From: Aquificales bacterium
GTDB taxonomy: Bacteria > Aquificota > Aquificia > Aquificales > QOAS01
DNA length: 50,775 nt
Assembly (NCBI GenBank): GCA_027035985.1
Contig: JALVTI010000030.1
Span: 1-50,775 of the forward strand
Reading direction: 5' to 3'
Part shown: in pieces, positions 8,201-16,799 of the stretch
Numbering within the stretch: the first letter of the stretch is position 1
How the letters are laid out: each line of letters starts with the position of its first letter
Position numbers and translations under genes: made by a program
The notes under the pieces: model-generated
Database searches by the model: none
Told to the model about the DNA's origin: nothing
Seen by the model: the letters and a program-made list of their open reading frames with translations, nothing else

Positions 8201-8533
8201 TACTCCGTTCCCAACCACCGACTCTTTGAGGGAGTCCATCCCGAAAAGTTGTTCCTCCGAGAGGAAGAAAAGAACGAATTGGCAAACCTTTTGAGTGTGG
8301 TTCATTTAATCCAATACCAAAAAGGGGAGGATATTAAAAAGACCAAAAAGGGAAATATATGGGAAAAGACCTTTAAGAGGAACCCCTTTTATGTCCTTCC
8401 CGAAAGGAGGAGTGGGGATAAGAATATTCTTGCACTTACGGAGGTGGAAATTTTCTTTAACTCCGATGTCCGTCCGAGGTTGCAAACGGTTCTAACCGCC
8501 TTTAGGTTGTGGGATGCGGTTAGAAACCCTTAG
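5249..8533 (+). CDS. very large (about 1080-1094 aa) hypothetical protein with no recognisable family
   Basis: Uninterrupted 3.3-kb ORF with protein-like composition throughout. The ORF-track start is TTG 5249, which overlaps the divergent exonuclease gene. ATG 5291 (MIYQLREEPQ...) is the first ATG. I found no Walker A, DEAD/DExH, HD, GGDD or HNH motif by eye. Confidence 0.7.
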   Translation: MPFTKTICFANYFNMIYQLREEPQRCLTLKEEVFKKFIELFKEKLKKQSSFRNGEDVFNFSKEVAIEFEKRFPKISEVFNGKPCDCKKFFEIFTEKQLAEIRKLSKEIQINVELKSFKESLEDYVKQNFELFKKRLKVEGYTEDEIKKAWEENFKFFEGLIKEDTTYYTRIASLRIKDKTEKPNESDPYFLTYLLVFELEKSSRSEEFKNLKESLFGGKIESVEETLKELVAQKWESNVDELLADLGIVDEDFDNKWEEKREDILKIVEDLFDAIDSTVRSRIEAEHFRDLIEFAKERIEDRNLSEPLKVIEENLNLLREIYENNADLGNIIVEAIPVGFEFWDKITDYAVEKDFRHFLYTYKMKINDIAEGAIDNHLLKPKWVKLPDIKNRADYFIAQGILFKEIVRNLDTIENEKEKLGTDAVKKLPSYLKGFIKALFYYGKADIETIERFYNYYEQVQVIVSNWLARRSDERTFSETDREFLTRIGDEIERLLPPLEGNKERFEELYGYIAQNLIKEFVEKVLPSNGRELFVAVDFHSLAEATKRFLSDGERPSKTRIYRGLLKVLTQKEELENFEYIFRVKNAVQNHLLDLDREVSPKLEKLKPIKDLKGFFTLTAELSDERLPSEKQSFKLGFILSFLLLTSLIASRSGGILEGFSLPHSFSDREDEIINRYRDLLYALVGASVFAINSDKVAAVQNFNWSNVFKKEPFRKDKNKNLYKAINNLLNTRLLVNSKIKNGLTSLYSNLPFEVEGLNLSQKVAILALSHPTKVDKNLKAVLGEAYIFEPIKGKDLFKTSKGVRVFRKTFSGVYSFIEKDQKGEFADCKTVLSDFLKTLKKLGVEKVYLIPPLPIYRGLSTKEDFLRELYFSDLLAEVGEEIEIPLRLVFSSFGIVYTPELSNFKRRIKEFLKKEGLIIKTDKKGEEKRGIIAVNLFKNIEKITPRSGAMPFITPKFAIIPLFSMEEGKEGSVEKTLFHHAFIYSVPNHRLFEGVHPEKLFLREEEKNELANLLSVVHLIQYQKGEDIKKTKKGNIWEKTFKRNPFYVLPERRSGDKNILALTEVEIFFNSDVRPRLQTVLTAFRLWDAVRNP

Positions 8534-8562
8534 AGGGTTCTTCCTTTAATCTTTTCCCCTTT

Positions 8563-9117
8563 ATGGGGAAGGTTTTGGTTATTTACGACTCCGAAACGGG
8601 GAACACCGAAAAAATGGCTCACCTCGTGGCGGAGGGTGCAAGGAAGTTCCCCGTGGAGGTTAGGGTTAAACATGTGAAGGATGCCACTAAAGAGGACATC
8701 CTTTGGGCGGACGGTCTGGCTGTGGGAAGTCCGACCTATTTGGGCGGTATGTCTTGGAGGCTTAAAAAGTTCTTCGACGAGATTAGCGACGAGCTTTGGG
8801 GTGAAATAGACGGGAAAATCGCCTGCGCCTTCTCCTCCTCCGGCGGGTGGGGAGGCGGCAACGAGATAGCCTGCCAAAACATACTGATGATGCTGATAAA
8901 TTACGGCTTTCTGGTTTTCGGGGTAACCGACTATGTGGGAAAGAAATTCACCCTCCACTACGGGGCTGTCGTTGCGGGAGAGCCGAGAACGGAGGAGGAA
9001 AAAAATGCCTGCGTAAGGTTGGGTGAAAGATTAGCCCAATGGGTGTTGATTTGCAAAGACTGCAAAAGGGAGTATTTGGAGAATTTGAAACCTCCCGAGA
9101 AGGACGAAGAGGATTAA
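8563..9117 (+). CDS. flavodoxin-fold NAD(P)H:quinone oxidoreductase (WrbA-like)
   Basis: N-terminal KVLVIYDSETGNTEKMA FMN-binding loop, then GSPTYLGGMS and SSSGGWGGGNE, all typical of the WrbA/flavodoxin-like family. Confidence 0.75.
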   Translation: MGKVLVIYDSETGNTEKMAHLVAEGARKFPVEVRVKHVKDATKEDILWADGLAVGSPTYLGGMSWRLKKFFDEISDELWGEIDGKIACAFSSSGGWGGGNEIACQNILMMLINYGFLVFGVTDYVGKKFTLHYGAVVAGEPRTEEEKNACVRLGERLAQWVLICKDCKREYLENLKPPEKDEED

Positions 9118-9125
9118 AAACCTTC

Positions 9126-9150
9126 CCCGCCGCTTCGCGGCGGGCTTTTT
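9126..9150 (+). terminator. rho-independent terminator after the flavodoxin-like gene; possibly bidirectional with leuA
   Basis: The stem CCCGCCG (9126-9132) pairs with CGGCGGG (9138-9144), with loop CTTCG, followed by CTTTTT. On the minus strand a T-run follows 6 nt after the stem. Confidence 0.6.
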
Positions 9151-9154
9151 AACT

Positions 9155-10723
9155 TTAAACAGTTCCCTCTCTGCTTATATTCTGTTTGGAGCGCAGATAC
9201 TCCTTTCTGGCGAGCAGGCGGTTTAGGGCGTCCACATACGCCTTTACGCTGGCTTTCACTATGTCTATATCGCTAGCGCGACCGCTCGCCTTTATCCCGT
9301 CCAGCTCTATCACGACGCGCGCCTCGGCTTGGGCGTCGGTGTTGGGAGTTAGCGCCTTTATCGAGTAGTCGACAAATTTCGGTTTAATACCGGTAGCCTT
9401 CTGTATAGCCTTTATGGCGGCATCGACGGGACCGTTTCCGGTTTCGGTCGCGGTTTTCTCCTCGCCTTTGAAGACCAACTTAACCGTGGCGGTGGGAAGT
9501 ATGTTGTTTCCGGTTTGCACCTGCAAATGTTCCAGTTTGAGATAATCCTCCCCTCCGGAGGTTCTAAATTGCTCGTAAATGAGCGCCTCGAGGTCTTCTT
9601 CGTAAACCTCCTTCTTCTGGTCGGCGAGGGCTTTGAATTTTTCGAAAAGTTTGTTTAGGGTTTCCTCGTCCACCTCGTAACCGAGCTCTTTGAGTTTCGC
9701 CTTCAGTGCGTGTCTGCCGGAGTGCTTTCCGAGGACTATCTTCGATTTGGGGAAACCAACATCTTCCGGCTTCATAATCTCGTAGGTCTCACGCTTCGCC
9801 AATACGCCGTGCTGGTGGATTCCCGACTCGTGGGCGAAGGCGTTATCCCCGACAATAGCCTTGTTGGGTTGAACGAAGGTTCCGGTAATCCTACACAGGA
9901 GTCTCGAAGTCTTATACAGCTCGGGGGTATTTACCTCGGTATAGAGTCCCTTAAAGTGGTCTTTTCTCACCTTTAGAGCCATAACGACCTCTTCGAGGGC
10001 GGCGTTTCCGGCACGTTCACCTATTCCGTTTATGGTGCACTCCACCTGGCGGGCACCCGCCAAGACCGCCATCAAAGAGTTTGCGGTTGCCAAACCCAGG
10101 TCGTCGTGGCAGTGCACCGAAATAATCGCCTTATCTATATTGGGAACATTCTCCTTTATATCCCTTATAAGGTTGTAAAACTCGTCGGGGATGGCGTAGC
10201 CGACCGTGTCGGGGATGTTTATAACCGTTGCACCCGCCTTAATAACCTCTTCGATAATCTTGTAGAGGAATTCCCTCTCGCTTCGGGTAGCGTCCTCGCA
10301 AGAGAATTCGACATCGTCGGTGAAGTTTCTCGCGTAGCTTACCGCCTTTTTAGCCCTCTCGAGCACCTCCTCGGGGCTCATCTTCAGTTTGTATTTCATG
10401 TGGATGGGAGAGGTGGCTATAAAGGTGTGTATGCGCTTTCTCTCCGCCGGTTTTAGCGCCTCCGCCGCCGCCTCTATGTCCTTTTCCAAAGCCCTTGCGA
10501 GGGAGCATATAACGGGACCTTTAACCTCTTTCGCTATTAGGTTTATAGCCTCCCAGTCGCCTTTGGATGCGGCGGCAAACCCCGCCTCTATAATATCCAC
10601 ATTCAGGCGGGCGAGCTGTTGCGCCATCTGTAGTTTCTCCTGTGTGGTCATAGAGAACCCAGGCGCTTGCTCGCCGTCGCGCAGTGTGGTATCGAAAATA
10701 TAGACTTTTTCACCCATGGTCAT
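9155..10723 (-). CDS. leuA: 2-isopropylmalate synthase
   Basis: Contains [17 protein letters not shown] and [13 protein letters not shown], plus a C-terminal LeuA regulatory domain. The start is probably ATG 10717 (MGEKV...), 7 nt after GAGAGAGG. Confidence 0.9.
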   Translation of the reverse strand: MTMGEKVYIFDTTLRDGEQAPGFSMTTQEKLQMAQQLARLNVDIIEAGFAAASKGDWEAINLIAKEVKGPVICSLARALEKDIEAAAEALKPAERKRIHTFIATSPIHMKYKLKMSPEEVLERAKKAVSYARNFTDDVEFSCEDATRSEREFLYKIIEEVIKAGATVINIPDTVGYAIPDEFYNLIRDIKENVPNIDKAIISVHCHDDLGLATANSLMAVLAGARQVECTINGIGERAGNAALEEVVMALKVRKDHFKGLYTEVNTPELYKTSRLLCRITGTFVQPNKAIVGDNAFAHESGIHQHGVLAKRETYEIMKPEDVGFPKSKIVLGKHSGRHALKAKLKELGYEVDEETLNKLFEKFKALADQKKEVYEEDLEALIYEQFRTSGGEDYLKLEHLQVQTGNNILPTATVKLVFKGEEKTATETGNGPVDAAIKAIQKATGIKPKFVDYSIKALTPNTDAQAEARVVIELDGIKASGRASDIDIVKASVKAYVDALNRLLARKEYLRSKQNISREGTV

Positions 10724-10784
10724 ACCTCTCTCAACTTTAAACGTAAAAGTATAAGTTGCACCTTTGTATGAACTCCGTTAGCTC

Positions 10785-10801
10785 TTGCAAAAAATTTGCA
10801 A
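10785..10801. promoter_or_regulatory. inverted repeat TTGCAAA-AAA-TTTGCAA in the leuA/trpE divergent intergenic region
   Basis: Read directly. It has 7-bp arms and lies about 50 bp upstream of the trpE start. Function unknown; possibly an operator or a -35 element. Confidence 0.25.
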
Positions 10802-10852
10802 TTTCGGTGTGGAAAGAAATACCGACCTCCAAAGGGTTAAGATTTTTGGCTT

Positions 10853-12352
10853 ATGTTAAACCTCTCGGCGGAGGAGTTTTTCGAACTCTCGAAGGATTAC
10901 AACGTAATTCCCCTCTACACGGAATTTATAGCCGATATGGAAAACCCCCTAACGGCGTTTTTGAAGATAAAAGACCTCGGGAGGTTTCCCTTTCTGCTCG
11001 AGAGCGTGGAGGGTGGCGAGAAGTGGGCGCGCTACTCCTTTTTGGGGTATGGCGGGAGCTTTTACGTAAAGACCTACCGCCACTATTACGAGATATACGA
11101 CCGCGGGCGGCACGAAATTGGTGAATTCGCCGACCCGCTCGACATACTCAAACCTATAGTTAAAAATTACAAACCCTATCGGGATAAAAATCTCCCCCGC
11201 TTTTGGGGTGGGTTGGTAGGTTATATCGGCTACGATGTGGTGAAGTTCTGGGAGCCGGTTCCCGACAGAAATCCCGACCCGATAGGGGCGCCCGATATTT
11301 TCCTCGTTCAGACCGACCTAATGGTGATTTTCGACAACCTAAGTTCGAAACTGATAGTCCTAAAACCGGTGGTGGTTGGGAATAGAAATCCTTTAGACCT
11401 CTACAGGGAGGCTCAAAAGGAAATCCTCCGGGTGGTGGAGAGGTTGAAAAAACCCCTACCCGAAAGGGAGTTTTTACCCGTTCCACCTAAAACCCTTGAT
11501 GCGGACTTTTCCGAGTGGAGGAGCAACTTCACCAAAGAGGGGTTTGAAAGTATAGTCAAACGGGCGAAGGAGTATATAGAGGCAGGGGACATCATTCAGG
11601 TGGTCTTGTCCCAACGTTTCCGAAAGAGGTTAAATACCTCTCCCGAACTCCTCTACAGGGCTTTGAGGTATTTAAATCCATCCCCCTACATGTTCTTTTT
11701 GAAGTTTGACGACCTCTACGTGGTGGGTGCATCTCCCGAAATCCTCGTAAGGGTGGAGGATGGGAGGATAGAAACCCGACCTATAGCGGGAACGAGACCG
11801 AGGGGAAAAACCCCCCAAGAGGATAAAGAGTTGGAGGAAAACCTCCTATCGGACGAAAAGGAGAAAGCGGAACACATAATGCTGGTAGACCTGGCGCGCA
11901 ACGATGTGGGGAGGGTGGCAAAGTATGGGTCTGTCAAAGTGGAAAACCTCATGAGGATAGAGCGCTACTCCCACGTTATGCATATTGTCTCCGACGTGGT
12001 TGGGGAGCTTCGGGAGGACAGAGACGCGCTCGACGTTATAAAGGCAACCTTCCCCGCCGGCACCGTTAGCGGAGCGCCGAAGGTTAGGGCTATGCAGATA
12101 ATAGAGGAGCTCGAAAACGAGCGGAGGGGGATATACGCCGGAGCGGTGGGCTATATCTCCTTTCAGGGAAATACCGACACCGCCATAGCTATTAGAACAG
12201 CCGTTATCAGGGGGGACGAAATATTTGTCCAAGCGGGGGCGGGAATTGTGGCGGACTCCATTCCCGAAAGGGAGTGGGAGGAGACCCGCAACAAGGCTAA
12301 AGCCCTCATTAAGGCGGTCGAGATTGCCGAAAGATTTTGGAAAAACGGATAG
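10853..12352 (+). CDS. trpE: anthranilate synthase component I
   Basis: Chorismate-binding enzyme motifs: LSQRF, IAGTRPRG, LLSDEKEKAEHIMLVDLARND, GTVSGAPKVRAMQIIEELE and GIYAGAVGY. Confidence 0.9.
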   Translation: MLNLSAEEFFELSKDYNVIPLYTEFIADMENPLTAFLKIKDLGRFPFLLESVEGGEKWARYSFLGYGGSFYVKTYRHYYEIYDRGRHEIGEFADPLDILKPIVKNYKPYRDKNLPRFWGGLVGYIGYDVVKFWEPVPDRNPDPIGAPDIFLVQTDLMVIFDNLSSKLIVLKPVVVGNRNPLDLYREAQKEILRVVERLKKPLPEREFLPVPPKTLDADFSEWRSNFTKEGFESIVKRAKEYIEAGDIIQVVLSQRFRKRLNTSPELLYRALRYLNPSPYMFFLKFDDLYVVGASPEILVRVEDGRIETRPIAGTRPRGKTPQEDKELEENLLSDEKEKAEHIMLVDLARNDVGRVAKYGSVKVENLMRIERYSHVMHIVSDVVGELREDRDALDVIKATFPAGTVSGAPKVRAMQIIEELENERRGIYAGAVGYISFQGNTDTAIAIRTAVIRGDEIFVQAGAGIVADSIPEREWEETRNKAKALIKAVEIAERFWKNG

Positions 12353-12367
12353 CCCTTCGGGGGAAAA
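12353..12367. repeat. CCCTTCGGGGGAAAA hairpin motif, copy 1 (after trpE)
   Basis: Exact 15-mer shared with 24439..24453 and 30064..30078. All three copies are intergenic and preceded by AGC(C). Confidence 0.4.
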
Positions 12368-12583
12368 CTTCCCTTTTCGGTTTTCTTCCTTTAAACCAAA
12401 ACGGGGTAGGGATTAGATAGAAGACCTACATTCGGATGGTTTTTCCAATATTCCAAGCCACGGAAGGGGAGCGAGAAAAGGATTCTCCTTTCCCATTTAT
12501 GGAATAAATAGGTGGCGAAAACCCTTTCGGAGAAAATTCAATACCCACGACCGCCACGGGGATATAAAAAGGGCTATACCACT

Positions 12584-12772
12584 TTAAGGGTCTCTTAAAA
12601 ATTCGGTAACCTCCTCGGGGGTGAGGTCGTACCAGTTGCGGTAGGCGTCGGCAACCGCGTAGAGGTATACATCCCTTAGGTTTAGGCAGTAAACCTCGTC
12701 GACCGATTTGGCGATTTCCTCCGCCGCATCCTTGGAGCAGGTGGGAACGGCAACTATTATTTTCTTGGGATT
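12584..12772 (-). pseudogene. same-frame continuation encoding the missing C-terminal 62 residues of the phosphoribosyltransferase
   Basis: I translated the same frame past the TGA: NPKKIIVAVPTCSKDAAEEIAKSVDEVYCLNLRDVYLYAVADAYRNWYDLTPEEVTEFLRDP, then TAA at 12586-12584. This is the expected C-terminal half of this PRT family. The listed ORF 12426..12776 is in the wrong frame. Confidence 0.6.
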
Positions 12773-13261
12773 TCATTTCTTGAGATATTCAATGGCGGCG
12801 CGGAGGGTATAGCCGGAAGCCAATCCGTCGTCGACCACAATAACAGTTTTTCCGCTTATATCGGGAAAGGGTTTATTTCCCCTAAAGAGGGTGTTCCTCT
12901 CCAAAAGGGTTTGCCGGGTCTTTTGAATTTGGCGCTCTATATCCTCTTCCGTCAAACCCGCCGAGCGGATTAGTTCCTCGTTTAAAACAACATCCCCGTC
13001 AAGGTTCATCGCGCCGAAGCCGGCTTCGGTATTCCAGGGAAGTTGAATCTTTCTGACGATTAGAAGCTCAAGGGATGCACCGAGTGCTTTTGCTATCTCC
13101 TTGGCTACCGGAACGCCTCCCGATGGTATAGCCAACACCAAGAGGTCTTTATCCTTTAAATACCTCTTTAGGAGCTCGCCCAACTTCTTACCCGCATCGG
13201 TGCGGTCTTCAAAAACGAAGAACTTGTTTAGGAGCTCGGGAAGAAAGATAAGTCTCCCCAT
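12773..13261 (-). CDS. phosphoribosyltransferase-family protein, N-terminal 162 codons ending at an in-frame TGA
   Basis: PRPP-binding loop KTVIVVDDGLASGYT. The ORF stops at TGA 12775-12773, in the middle of the expected domain. Confidence 0.7.
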   Translation of the reverse strand: MGRLIFLPELLNKFFVFEDRTDAGKKLGELLKRYLKDKDLLVLAIPSGGVPVAKEIAKALGASLELLIVRKIQLPWNTEAGFGAMNLDGDVVLNEELIRSAGLTEEDIERQIQKTRQTLLERNTLFRGNKPFPDISGKTVIVVDDGLASGYTLRAAIEYLKK

Positions 13262-13293
13262 AAGGGGGAAATTAGAAAGGAAAGGCGGAAAAA

Positions 13294-14667
13294 TTAGGCT
13301 TCCTTTCTCCTGGCGTTGAGATACATGAGCAGTAAGGAAATCAGGATTGCAACACCGGCGAGAACAACGTAAACGATGAAACCTTTGGCGTAACCGGCTT
13401 TTCCGTAAATATCGACAAACTTACCGAGTATGGGGGGAACCACGAAACCGCCGAAAGCTCCCAAACCGCCAACCCATCCCGCGGCGCCACCGGTTGCGTG
13501 GGGGACGTATTTGGGAACGAGCTTGAATACCGCACCGTTAGCCATTCCCATACCAATACCCATAAGGACTTCTCCCGTTAGGGCTATGGCAAAGGAGGAG
13601 GAGAACATCAGTATCAGGGCGCCTATTAGGGTTATGGAGTAGCTGACCAAAGCCATCAGCTCGCCGCCAAACTTGTCGCTGAGAAAACCGCCGAGAATTC
13701 TGATGACCGAAGCCAGTAAGGAAAAGCCGAAAGCCATTAGCAGACCCGCTTCGGTAACGGGGAGGTTGTAGCTGCTAACCCAGAAGACTATAAACCAACC
13801 GGTTAGTGCCAAAAATCCACCGAAGGAAACGAAGTAAAGATATACCAACGCCCAGGTAAATTTCTCTTTAGCAGAGATGATTAGCGATTGCACCAGGCTA
13901 CCGGTGGGAAAGAGCTCTTGTCCTAAAGCCCTGGCTATCTTTTTAGCCGTTTCGGGGTCGAAGCCCTTCTCTATTAGCTGGAAGTAGTAGGCATCCCTCG
14001 CGAAGAGGAAATAGATAATCGTTCCTATCAGTAGGAATAGGAACCATATGAAGTAGGACATGGGGAGTCCCAACGCCTTTAGCGCAAAGGGCAGAACCAT
14101 ACCGAACAGACCGGGTGCCAGGTTACCGACACCGGCGTAAACGCCAAGAGCCGTTCCCTGGTCCTTTTGGGAGAACCAATAGGAGGTTTGGGCTATTCCG
14201 ACGGAAAAGGTAGCTATACCGCAACCGCTTAGGAAACCGAAGAGTAGGATTAACCAGTACATCCACGGTTCGAGGTTGGGATAAAACGCGAACAGCATTG
14301 CCGAAAGTCCCGCCATTCCTATAACCGAAAGCCAAAGGAGCGTCAGCATCGGCTTTCTACCGCCCACCTTGTCGACCCAGGCGGCAAAGGGTATTCGGAG
14401 CAGCGAACCGGTGAGGTTCGGCGCGGCGACCAGCAGTCCCAATAGAAATCCGGACAACCCTAGGATATGTTTGAGATTTTTGGCGACCGGTCCATAGAGC
14501 GAAACCGCCGCAAAACCGATGAAGAAGCCCCAGGTTGCCATTACCAGACCCGTCAAGGGGTCTCCCTTTAACCCCAACTTTTTGAGGATGGTGTCCTTTT
14601 CAATTTCTCCCTTTTTAAGGGCTTGAAGAAGCTTTTCGAGTTCCTCTCGATTTACAGAGGACATCAC
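13294..14667 (-). CDS. narK: MFS nitrate/nitrite transporter (NarK/NNP family)
   Basis: About 12 predicted TM segments. Gly-rich NNP-like motifs GVYAGVGNLAPGLFG and GGAAGWVGGLGAFGGF. Located next to narGHJI. About 40 aa of hydrophilic N-terminal extension. Confidence 0.8.
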   Translation of the reverse strand: MMSSVNREELEKLLQALKKGEIEKDTILKKLGLKGDPLTGLVMATWGFFIGFAAVSLYGPVAKNLKHILGLSGFLLGLLVAAPNLTGSLLRIPFAAWVDKVGGRKPMLTLLWLSVIGMAGLSAMLFAFYPNLEPWMYWLILLFGFLSGCGIATFSVGIAQTSYWFSQKDQGTALGVYAGVGNLAPGLFGMVLPFALKALGLPMSYFIWFLFLLIGTIIYFLFARDAYYFQLIEKGFDPETAKKIARALGQELFPTGSLVQSLIISAKEKFTWALVYLYFVSFGGFLALTGWFIVFWVSSYNLPVTEAGLLMAFGFSLLASVIRILGGFLSDKFGGELMALVSYSITLIGALILMFSSSFAIALTGEVLMGIGMGMANGAVFKLVPKYVPHATGGAAGWVGGLGAFGGFVVPPILGKFVDIYGKAGYAKGFIVYVVLAGVAILISLLLMYLNARRKEA

Positions 14668-14784
14668 TCCACCTCCCTAATTTTGTGAAGGTAAATATAA
14701 ACTTTAACCCCAAATGATGCTTATAAGCAAAGATAAAATCTACTTGTCCAAAGTGTATTAAAAGGTTGACAATAGTGAATTGTT

Positions 14785-16011
14785 ATGAGACAGTTGGTTT
14801 CCTTGTTAGGAATTAGTATTCCTCTGGTCTCTTCAGCGGCTGGACTTTTTCAAAATCTCAAATTGCACGGGAATGTATTTTTAGATTTCCGTCCCCGTTG
14901 GGAGTATGTGGATATAGAAAACGACGGATTGAAAACGGCAAACGCGATAACCTCTCGGATTCAATTTGGACAAAATCTGCAATTCTCAAAACAATTTAGT
15001 ACCTACTTTGAACTGACAGCGGTAGTTCCAATTTATGCGCATTACTCACCTTTAAAAGAGGGCTACGAATTTGTAGCCGATGAGGCAGACTTTAGGGCGA
15101 CCCAATACTACATAGACTATGCGTGGAACTGGATAAACCTGAAATTGGGTAGACAGGTTATAAATCTCGACAACCAGAGGTTTATAGGTTCGGTCAACTG
15201 GCGCCAAATGCCCCAAACCTTTGACGCCGCGAGGGTAGACTTTTCCCCCTATAGAGGTATAAGGGCAACCGTAGCCTATATAGTTTCCCGTCAGGGGGTT
15301 TTGAAATCTCTATCCACCCAACCGTTCGATTACAAACCTTTCAACCACTCGTGGTTGGTTCACCTATCCTTCGAACCCCTAAAGGGTGTTAAGACTTCCC
15401 TTTACTCCTACAACTGGAAGATGAACTCCGACACCTATGGGGTGAACATTTCCGGAAATCTCCCCTACGGGGGACTGAAGTTCGGATATTGGGGAGAGTA
15501 TGCCCATCAGATAGTTCACAACAGCAATTCCGGTATTTGGGATACGGCAAACTATTATCACCTAAAGCTGTCCCTAAATACCGATTGGGGCAACCTAAAA
15601 CCCTTCGGGGCTATAGGTTTCGAACACTTGGGAAAACACTTCATTACACCCCTGGCTACCCTCCACAAGTTCAACGGTTGGGCTGATGTATTCCTGAAAT
15701 ACACCGCCAATACGGACACCTACGGGTTAAACGACGCATACGTATACGCCGGCATCTCCCATCAGAGGTTTGGAAAATTTGAGGCGGCTTTCCACCGCTT
15801 TACCGCACCCGAAGATTTCCCCCAAGGTGGGAATAAATTCGGAAATGAAGTAGACCTCCTGTGGAGTAAAAAGGTCTTTAAAAACACCTCCCTGTTGGTC
15901 AAATACGCCAAATACAACGCCGATAGCGAGGCATCCCAAGCCGGTGTTGGCGACAAGGATACGACCAAATTCTGGGTAATGTTGAACTTTAAATTCGGAG
16001 CTTCCTTTTAA
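14785..16011 (+). CDS. outer-membrane beta-barrel porin (alginate-export-like family)
   Basis: N-terminal signal peptide (LVSLLGISIPLVSSAAG). Alternating Y/W/G-rich amphipathic strands. FRPRWEYVD near the N-terminus. C-terminal ...KFGASF with a terminal Phe, typical of OMPs. Confidence 0.6.
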   Translation: MRQLVSLLGISIPLVSSAAGLFQNLKLHGNVFLDFRPRWEYVDIENDGLKTANAITSRIQFGQNLQFSKQFSTYFELTAVVPIYAHYSPLKEGYEFVADEADFRATQYYIDYAWNWINLKLGRQVINLDNQRFIGSVNWRQMPQTFDAARVDFSPYRGIRATVAYIVSRQGVLKSLSTQPFDYKPFNHSWLVHLSFEPLKGVKTSLYSYNWKMNSDTYGVNISGNLPYGGLKFGYWGEYAHQIVHNSNSGIWDTANYYHLKLSLNTDWGNLKPFGAIGFEHLGKHFITPLATLHKFNGWADVFLKYTANTDTYGLNDAYVYAGISHQRFGKFEAAFHRFTAPEDFPQGGNKFGNEVDLLWSKKVFKNTSLLVKYAKYNADSEASQAGVGDKDTTKFWVMLNFKFGASF

Positions 16012-16078
16012 AGGTTTTTCTTTTCCCTTTACCTTTAAAGGGTTTAATCGAAATTTTGAAGCGAAAAGGGGAAGGAAA

Positions 16079-16786
16079 TTAAGCCATATCACCGCAACGG
16101 CGGCGGAAGATAACCCTGCTCCTCCGCAGGAAGACGATGGGGAAACTTAAAACGTGAACCAAACGGGTAAAAGGCCATACCGCCAAAAGCAGCATAACCA
16201 GGAATATGTGAAGTTTGAAGATAATGGGCACATTTGCCATTAGGGTTGGGTCGGGTCTGAGCGTCAATATACCCCTAAGCCAGGGGGCTATGGTGTCCCT
16301 GTAGTCGAAAGAGCCGCCGAGGTTGCTGAGGGTTGCGGTAAGACCCGCCAATACCACCAGGAGCAAAAGCACCAAAACGACGATATCGCCGGCGGAGCTG
16401 TTTGCCAATACCCTCTTAACGGCAAACCTTCTGTAGGTTAAAACTATTAGTCCCAAAAGGGTTAGAAATCCGGCAAACAGACCACCCGTTACGGCGATTA
16501 TGTGGTAAACGTGGTCGCTCAAACCGAACGCCTCGTGCACCGCCTTGGGAATGATAAGACCTATAAAGTGTCCCAGAAGGACGAGGATTATCCCGTAGTG
16601 GAAGGGCATACTTCCAAACCTTAGTAGTTTCTTTTCGAGTAGCTCGCTGGATTTGGAAGTCCAACTCATGGGGTCGGTTGCATACCGGTAGATATGCCCC
16701 AGAACAAAAATTGTCAAAACCGTATAGGGTAGGGCAACCCAAAAGAGGTAGTCGGTAATTCCAACCTGAACGGTTGCCTCCTGCAT
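16079..16786 (-). CDS. narI: respiratory nitrate reductase gamma subunit (cytochrome b)
   Basis: Five-TM pattern with conserved His residues (LGHIYRY, FHYGIILVLLGHF). Last gene of narGHJI. ATG 16786 sits 8 nt after GGGAGG; the ORF track starts at GTG 16795, inside the Shine-Dalgarno. Confidence 0.85.
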   Translation of the reverse strand: MQEATVQVGITDYLFWVALPYTVLTIFVLGHIYRYATDPMSWTSKSSELLEKKLLRFGSMPFHYGIILVLLGHFIGLIIPKAVHEAFGLSDHVYHIIAVTGGLFAGFLTLLGLIVLTYRRFAVKRVLANSSAGDIVVLVLLLLVVLAGLTATLSNLGGSFDYRDTIAPWLRGILTLRPDPTLMANVPIIFKLHIFLVMLLLAVWPFTRLVHVLSFPIVFLRRSRVIFRRRCGDMA

Positions 16787-16799
16787 TTTTAACACCTCC

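Noticed and set aside
12773-12775. The in-frame TGA in the phosphoribosyltransferase as a selenocysteine codon.
   Set aside because: The position is a variable linker after the PRPP loop, not a redox or catalytic site. There is no CxxU/UxxC context. I see no convincing stem-loop starting about 11 nt downstream, as a bacterial SECIS would require. A nonsense mutation or sequencing error is more parsimonious.
12426-12776. Listed 116-aa ORF (MKSQENNSCRSHLLQGCGGG...).
   Set aside because: It is offset by one nucleotide from the frame that encodes a clean phosphoribosyltransferase C-terminal half. Its own translation is Arg/Gly/Pro-rich nonsense.
14712-14722. The 11-mer AAATGATGCTT shared between the narK/porin intergenic region and 40376..40386 (upstream of the DUF4388 gene) as a common regulatory motif.
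   Set aside because: Many exact 11-mer coincidences are expected by chance in 50 kb on two strands. The flanks do not align.
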